40,911 nt of DNA, from the NCBI GenBank assembly GCA_964619365.1, contig CAZUDQ010000012.1, forward strand, positions 1 to 40,911, read 5' to 3'. The stretch is from an uncultured archaeon. Lineage in GTDB: Archaea; Altiarchaeota; Altiarchaeia; JAFGQM01. Made by a program: the position numbers and the translations under genes. The notes beneath the pieces are model-generated. The model was given only the letters and a program-made list of their open reading frames with translations, did not search any database and was not told the origin of the DNA. This document shows positions 1 through 9,000 of this stretch, piece by piece. Positions within the stretch are counted from its first letter, which is position 1. Every line of letters starts with the position of its first letter.

Positions 1-3000
1 CAAGCCAGTAGACATTATTAAGGCTTGTGAAGTTGTCATCGCCTGCGATTCCTCCACCATTTATTGTGTAATAGACAGGCGCTGCTGCAAAGGAGTCAAT
101 AACGGTTGCATCATCTGAGTAACCAATGAGACCTCCGACATTCTCAGTACCTGCGACTTCGCCTGAAGCATAAGAATCTGTTACTGTAGCACGATAAGCA
201 TAAGCAAGAAGTCCTGCTGCCATACGTTCTCCTGCAACGTTTCCGTCAAAGTATGAGTCATAGACTCTTGCCGACTGACCGTTTCCAACAAGACCTCCAG
301 TCTCATATATGCTTGAGACATTGCCACGTGCATAGGACTCATGAATTCTTGAATATGTTGCATGACCAAATAGCCCTCCAGCATAATATACCCCTTTAAC
401 ATTTCCAACTGAACTGCAGTTTGTTACTTGAGCATTGTGGTATACTCCTGCCAGACCTCCTGTGTAGTGGTTTCTTCCAGTTACGTTTCCTACAAAATTA
501 CAGCGAGTCATAGAACCGCCTGAGGAATGTCCAACAATGCTTCCGACATAATGGCTTGTTGAGTCCATTACCCCACTCGTATTAATGTCGGTAAATGTAG
601 CATAATCTGCGCGCGTAGCAAGGGCGCCAGCCATATAAGCTCCCTTGATATCAAAGTCTGTGATACTTAGATTCTTAAAGCTCTCAGTGACGCGTCCAAA
701 TAGGCCTCCTTTATAACTTCTGCGGTCGTTTATTGCTAGATTTGATATTGTATGGCCCGCTCCATCAAGGTTGCCAAAGAAGAGGTACTCGGGCGCCTGC
801 CAGGTAACTCCAGTCATGTCAATATCACTTGTTATCTCATAATTGCAAACTAGGCAAGAGTCAGCCGCGGCCAAGTCGTCCGCATCAGTTAAGAGACATG
901 GGTCATTAAGTGTCCCATCCCCACTCATCCCATTGGGGCAAGTCATCGCTGAGGGCTCAACAAATGACGGGCAGGATTCGTCTGTCCCATAAAGTGTCTG
1001 GTATCCTGTAGTGTTGCAGGCATCACTCCACGGCGGGAAGCTCCACTCTGAGATTGGAGTATTGTTTATGTTAAAGAAGTATGATTCATCAGTTATTGCT
1101 GTGCATCCAGTGTTAGTTGACTGCGTGCAGAAGTTTGCGCGGTCTGTGCTCCTATTTAGCCAGTAAGCATTTGTGAGGTAGTTTAGGTCATTTGTTCCAA
1201 ACATAGCCCCACCGCTTGTCGCGTAGTTAAGCGTTCCGGCTGAATAGACGTTTTGGACCTGCGCGCGGTAGCCGCGTCCGTAGATTCCGCCGACTTGGTG
1301 ACCTCCGTTTACATTGACTAAGGAATATGAGTCTTTTATGTGCGCATAGTATCCATATCCCCCAATACCTCCAACAGCAAGGCCTCCTGTTATGTTTCCT
1401 GTCGCATAGCAGTTCTCAAAGCTTGTTGTGTGCGGGTATCCAATAAGACCTCCAATATATCCTACACCCCTTATGTTTGCGTCTGCATAGGAATTTTTGA
1501 TTGTGCTTCTGACCGAGTGCCCGACAAGTCCCCCACGATAATATTCGCCGTCAACCATATCAGTTGTGGCATGTGAGTCTGTGATACTTGAGTAGTAAAG
1601 GATTCCGACAAGCCCTCCCTGATGCGAGCTTCCTGCAGTTTGGGTGATATCTGCACTACAGTTTGACATCTCTACATTTCTTTGAGCGCGCCCTAGGATT
1701 CCCCCACATTGGTAACCATGCAGGCTTCCTGTAACATTTATGTTTGAGATTATTGAGTCTTCAGCCCAGCCTGCCAAAGTACCAACATAAGTTCCACCGC
1801 GGATGTATACATCTTCGAAATTTATGTCTGAAGCGTTTCCTAGGAGTATTCCGATAAGTCCACGGTAATAAGAGCTTGAGGGTACGTGGAAATTGCTTAT
1901 CGTGTGGTTATTTCCAAAGAAGCTTCCTAAGAGAAGCGTTGTGGGTGTTCTTGCAACACTTTGCATGTCAAGGTCTGTTGTTAACTCATAAGCGCATATT
2001 GGACACTCATCCATTGAGTCAATGTCTGAGCGATTTGTTATCTCGCAGGGATCGTCGTTTGTTCCGTTACCACTCATTCCGTTCGGGCAGGCAAGGAGCA
2101 TGGGTGAGAAACTGGGACAATTACTTGTTCCTGAGATGTCCTGCCAGGCAAGGCTTTGGAAACCGACTCCGTCGCAGTAGTCGTCCCATGGTGGGAAGTC
2201 CCATGTGGATATTGGGGAGTTATCAACCTCATAGAAGTATTCTAAAGTCGTTTCTCCGCTGCAATTGTAATTGCTGTGCGGGGCGCAGTTTATTGCGCGT
2301 CCGTCAGTCCTATTATACCAGTAAGAGTTTGTGATGTTAGCGTTGCCCCCACCAAGGATTCCTGCACCAGAGCTTGTAAAGAATACAAAGGCTGCTGAGT
2401 ATGCGTTTGTAATCGTCCCGCTCGCATTTCCTGCAATTCCTCCAATCGCGCTTGCCCCAAGAACATTTGCTGCCGAGTAAACGTTTGTTAAGTGGGAATT
2501 CTCGGCGTATCCAACAATTCCGCCAAGTGTGTTTGCACCAAGGACGTTTCCTAGGGCATAAGAATCTTCAATTGTTGTTCCTTGTGCCTCACCAACCATT
2601 CCGCCAACATTTATTCCTCCCGAAACGTTTGCGCTTGAAATACACTCTGTTATTGTGACACCGCTCGCGTTTCCAATAAGGCCGCCCGTACCATCAACCC
2701 CAGTTACTGCGGCACGCGACTCGCACTCTTCAATTGTTGTTCCAATAGCAATACCTATTAGGCCGCCTGTGTCAGGGCCTCCTGAAACAAGCTCGCTTTG
2801 TGAGTAACATGAACTTACACTACCTCCTTGTAGATATCCTGCAAGGCCGCCGATAACCCCGTTCCCACTCATGCGTCCTAGGGTGTTGCAGTCTTCAATT
2901 TTTGCATCAACTGCATAGGACACTATCCCTCCAGAGTATGAATGAACATGGATTCCCGATATTTCTGTCTGTGTTGTCGTGCTCGAGTTGACATCAGTTA

Positions 3001-6000
3001 TATTTGCACGATCTCCTATTGCAAAGATACCTCCCGCATAATAGGAAGCCGATACTGATGCACTTGAACTTGAGTGTGTGATTTCTGAGTCAGAACCATC
3101 TCCAGCTACCCCTCCCGCGTTGTTTGTTGCTGTTACTATTCCTGAAGTTACTATATATGAGAGGCTTGATCTGCCAGCCTGTCCTGCGAGAAGACCGATA
3201 TTTCCGGCGCCAGTCATGTTGGCATCTATTGTGATATACAAGAGGCTTGCACCGTATGCGTTTCCGACTAAGGCTCCGACATAATTAGCGCCTGTGACTT
3301 CTGCATCCTCTATTGTCAGGTTTGTGATATTTCCTGAGCCATTATGCGAGTAAAGGTTTCCGAAAAGTCCCTGATTGTCTTCTTCACGGTCTATTGTCAG
3401 GTCACTTAATGTGTGTCCTTGTCCGTCAAAGGTTCCTGTGAACGGATTGTCGTTAGTCTCGTCGTAACATGAACCTGTGCAGTTTCCAATCGGTGTCCAG
3501 TTGCTTTCTCCTGAAAGGTCAAGTGAGGCGTTAAGCTCGTAGTCGCAGTAGAGGCACTCTCTTGCTGAAGAAAGGTCAGCGACTGTGTTAATTATACACG
3601 GGTCGCTTGCGGTTCCAAGACCATCCATGTCATTTGGACACTGACTTAATATAGTTATTGTCCTTGACTCGGTTGACTGACAGATATCTTGGTCGCATGC
3701 AGTTGCGTTATATATGTAAGCCCCTGGCATTAGACCATAGCTTGTGTTTCCAGTCTGATTGACATAAAGGCTCCAGTTACTTGCATTTGTTTTAGCAAGA
3801 TTTGAGTTATACGTTAGCAGAATCTCATCGGCTGATAAAGTTCTATTATAAATTCTGTATTCATCAATTGAACCGGAAAACGCATAGTTATCACTTAATG
3901 CAGAGCCTCCGATTCCAAATCTATCATTGGTGCCCGTACCAAAACCCGCATAAGCTGGAGTATCTGTATAATTCAATACTCCGTCAAGATAATATCTGAT
4001 ACTTGTCCCGTCAGTTGTAACCGCGATATAGTACCAATTATCAAGAGTAACCAGTCCAGCAGGCGTATTACTGATTGTATTCCAGCTAGAAGAAGACGCA
4101 CTTGTGTCAAAAATTAATGCGCCATCACTGTTTACTGCAAAGAACCATCCCCAATCATCATTAAAACCAACAGCTACACAATTTGTAATGCCGTTATGGC
4201 TATTACAATTTGTCCCGCCAAATGCATTTAGATTTACCCATGCTGAAACTGAACCATGCAAAAATCCGCCAAATGGGCTGGGGTCTATGTCTATTCTATC
4301 ATTAACTCCATCAAAACTATAAGCCCCGCCATACTTCCCACTGGAATTCCATATTGGACAATTTACACATGTGCCGTTATTTTCATATATCGAAGTATCG
4401 TTCATGCGAGTGTAATTGTCAAAGTTATACATCAACAAAAGCGATGCGTTATAGATTTCATGCTCAGTTCCATTCCAGTTATATGTAAGATTACTTAGGA
4501 GCTCTGATTCCACACTTACATTAACTGTAAATGAGGTGTTAGTGGTATTCGTATCGTTGTTGGGTGTGGGGAGAGTAAAGTTTATTTGAAAAGGTGGAAG
4601 ACCCTCGGACGCTTCGTAAGTCGTAAAGCCGATTACATTAAACCTGAACGTTCCCGTAGAGTTATTATAACTTAAGGCATTGCACATAGGAGACTCACAC
4701 ACTACAAAAGTTCCGTTATCATTGATGTCCTTCTGTATTACGGGAGTATAATTGAATGTTAAATTCCTTAAGGTTATATTTGAAGATTCGTTTAATCCCG
4801 GCAAATCTATTGAATCGACAAATGTGTGGTTAAGGGTGATATTTGTGTTAAGACTTAAGTCTGCGATATTATATAATGTTTCCAGCCATGCAATCGTTCC
4901 GAATTCCTGCTCGATAGTAACGCGGGTGTTGTTGTAATTTAGGTTCGAATCGGTAAAGGTGTTATTGATTATGACTAGAGTATTTCCAGTTCCTTTTAAT
5001 GTTGCCTCAATGCCGGCGTTAGTCCAAGTGAAATTGGATAAGTATGCTGTGTCGCTTACCAGGATGTTTAGTGGGTTGACTGCTCCGAGTATGTTGTCTG
5101 CGTTTCTTATCGTCAGGTTTGAGAAGTTCCATTCACTTGGATTATCTGTGTTAAAGAAGCTTGTATTCACACTTTCGTTTGCAATCCCGGTTGTTCCCTG
5201 GAACCTGAATCCTCCGTAAATCTCTGCTGAGTTTTTGCTCTCGTCGACAAAGATGAGGGTTCCTGTCTTTGGCTCGGTATTGCCATCACTGTTACCGGCA
5301 TTGGCTCCCGAATTCTGCGGGCTTGTAAATGTGCTCGCGTTATAATAAACTGCGATTCTTCCGCCTCCGCCTCCTCCGCTGCCTGAGACTCCGTTTCCAC
5401 CGTTTGCAAATAAGCTGCCGCTTCCCTGGGCCGTATCTGTTATGGCATATATACTTCCACCAGAACCTGCGCCACCCCCCTGAGTACCACTGCCTCCATT
5501 TGCACCATTTACTCTGATTATGCCATCTAGTGTAAATACATCCTCTATATTAAGAGTTATAACTCCACCTCCAGCACCTCCAGCACCAACCCAGGTTGCT
5601 CCGCCCCCACCACTTCCCATCATTATCGGTGCGAGGGATGAACTATAAACTGTGCCACCATAACCCCCAGAGCCTCCTTTGCCCCCAACGCCTCCATGGC
5701 CTCCACCACCACCTGCAAGACTTGATCCAGATCCCGTACCACCTCCCGGACCATAACCATTAACCCGCTCGGGGCCGCCTGGATAACCTTTTCCGTCTGC
5801 TGATAAAATCGACTCATTATTGACAAATAGGTTTAGAGCGCTTATGTTTGAATTACCATAAATGTTCGAGTTATTTAGAGTAAGTTCATTATCCAGCTTA
5901 ATTCTAATGGAGTTTACCACCCCATCACTGGCGCTTAGATTAGAATAGTTGAAAGTCAGAGAATCAACACCTGTCAAATCCATCGCTCCAGCACTTATTG

Positions 6001-9000
6001 ATGAATAGTTTAGAGACAATTGCGGTGTCATTATGCTAAAATTGACTTCAGAATTGGACCAATATGAGGAAGAAATGTTAAGTGTGCCACTTACTGAGAG
6101 GTTTAGCGGATCGACTACCCCCCAGACATTGTCGGCATTTATGACCGAGAGATTTGAGAAGTTCCAGTCACTTGGATTATCCGTGTTAAAGAATGTAGTA
6201 TTGACACTTTCGTTGGCAATCCCTGTTGTTCCCTGGAACCTGAATCCGCCGTAAATCTCTGCTGAGTTTTTAGTCTGGTCTACAAATATTAGGGTTCCTG
6301 ATTTACCATCCTCATCGCCCGAGCCGCCTTCCACTCTTGAATTCTGCGGGCTTGTAAATGAGCTTGTGTTATAGTAGATAGCTATTCTTCCACCCGCTCC
6401 GCCGCCAGCACCTGAAACGGCGTATCCGCCATTTGCAATGAAAGTTCCAGTTCCTTGAATCGTGTCTGTCACGACATAGATACTGCCACCAGATCCTCCT
6501 CCGCCATAGTATACTCCGCCCCCTCCGACTTCTCCATTTGCACTGATTATGCCATTTACTGTGAGTGTGCTAGCAATATTAAGGGATATGGCACCCCCAC
6601 CATCACCTCCAGGACCTGACCACTGACCTCCACCTCCGCCGCTCCCAATCTGTGTTGGTGCAAGTGATGAACCATAGACAATTCCTCCTGAGGTCCCCCG
6701 ACTATTTGCACCACCCTGTCCTCCGTGGCCAGCTCCACGACCAGCGTAAGAACCACCACCTCCAGCTCCAGGGCCAGATCCTGAGGTAGCAAGAGGACCT
6801 CCGGCATAGCCTTTATTATCTGCAGATATAATGGAGTCTGAATCAAGAAGCAAAGTGGGGGCGGTTATGTTAGCATTTCCATAGATGCTAGAATTATCTA
6901 GAATAACTGAAGTTCCAGATTGAATCAAAAGAGTGTTCTCTGTAGTGTTTGTAGAGGTCAAGCTTGAATCTTGTAAGGTCATAGTGTCCACATTAAAAGC
7001 GACCATGAGATTTGACCAATCTGAATTGCTTAATTCAAGCTCTCCAATCACTGAGAGATTTAGGGGATCGACTACCCCCCAGACATTGTCGGCATTTATG
7101 ACCGAGAGGTTTGAGAAGTTCCAGTCACTTGGATTATCCGTGTTAAAGAATGTAGTATTGACACTTTCGTTGGCAATCCCTGTTGTTCCCTGGAACCTGA
7201 ATCCGCCGTAAATCTGAGCGGAATTCTTAGTCTGGTCTACAAAGATGAGTGTCCCTGATTTTGCATTGGAACCACCGCCCTCACTGTTTCCTCCGATTAC
7301 TCTTGAATTCTGCGGACTTGCAAACGTGCTTGTATTATAATAAATTGCAATCCTCCCGCCCGCACCACCTCCGCTTCCTACAACGCCATTCCCTCCATTG
7401 GCAAAGAAGCTTCCGCTTCCCTGGAGTGCGTTTGTTATAACATAGATTCCTCCGCCAGAACCGGCTCCACCACCCATCGTCCCACTACCACCGTTTGCCC
7501 CGTTTGCCCTAACTATGCCATCCAGTGTAAAAATATCTGTTATATTAAGCGTTATGGCTCCGCCTCCCGCACCTCCGGCTCCAACCCAAGTAGCTCCGCC
7601 GCCGCCGCTTCCAGGAATTGTCGGTGCGAGTGATGAACCGTAAATAGGACCTCCTCCCGCACTCCCCCTGTAGTTTATTCCCCCTGCACCACCATAACTT
7701 GCTCCGCCTCCAGAATAAGAGCCGCCCGTGCCCCCACCTGGACCATATCCAGTAACTCTCTCGGGACCTCCAATATAGCCTTTACTATCTGCTGAAATGC
7801 TTGCCCCTACATCTATATTCAGGCTGTTTGCAGTCAAGGCAATCGAATTATTCCCGGCGCCGACCGAATCAAAAGTCAAAACGGCATTATTAGTTATTGT
7901 GACAACATCACAGGTTTGATTTTGCGTCCATGTGGTATCTGTCGTTATTGTTATGTTTCCACCAGTCTCAAGACAGTTTGGGTACGGTATGTACTCTATT
8001 GTAACGTTCCAGTGTTCTGTTTCGTTGTTTATGCTTGGGTCACTTGTTAGGTTTGCAAAGGCATAGAATTCATAGGTCGAAGCGTCTTCTCCTGTGGCAT
8101 TCACACTCCAGGTTACGTTTTGACACTCACTCTCATTTAATGATATGTTTTGTGGGTTTAAGTCTGTTGTGTAAAATGGCGTGCCTGAACCATGTGGTAC
8201 AAGACCACCCTTATCTATAACTGGAGGAGTTAATCCCTGGAGTGTCGGATATCCAGTACCATTATTTGAAATGTCCCATACATTTGTGAAGTCCCAGGAA
8301 TTTTCAGGAGGATTTGAATAATCGAAAAAATAGGACTCGTCACTTACCTTTGTACACCCCGAATCCCCGTCATGATAACAATTAGAAGCATCATCGCCTG
8401 GATGGTCCAACCAATAAGAATTCGTAATTAGAGCTCCATACCCCCTCATATAAGCTATAAGACCTCCAACATAACCACTCCCGTGTACAGCTCCTGTACT
8501 ATAAGAATTTAAAGATTTACAAGCATAACAATAACCAACAAGACCACCGGTTTGATTAGAACCCCCAGTAACATCGCCTGTGGCATACGAATCTGAAATA
8601 GTACCATAAGCACTTCCAGCAAAACCGCCGGTATACAAACCACCTATAACATCACCTGTGGCATAACTATCATAGGCTGAGGAAGAAGAAAGACTTCCAG
8701 TAAGCCCGCCAGTATAATCCGTGCCTGTAACATCACCTGTAGCATATGTCTTATTAATTATTGTGTTATAAGCCCAACCAACAAGACCTCCAGTATCCGA
8801 ACTGCCTGTAACATCTGCTAATGAAGAACAATTAAAAATCCTAGAATATGAACTAAAACCGATAAACCCGGCAGTTCTAATACCGCCTGTAACTGTCCCA
8901 GAGAACACATTTGAATTATTGACTCTTGAACCATAATAGATTGTTCCAGCAAGACCGCCAGTATAATCCCCGCCTGTAACGTTAACAGAACTAAGACTTA

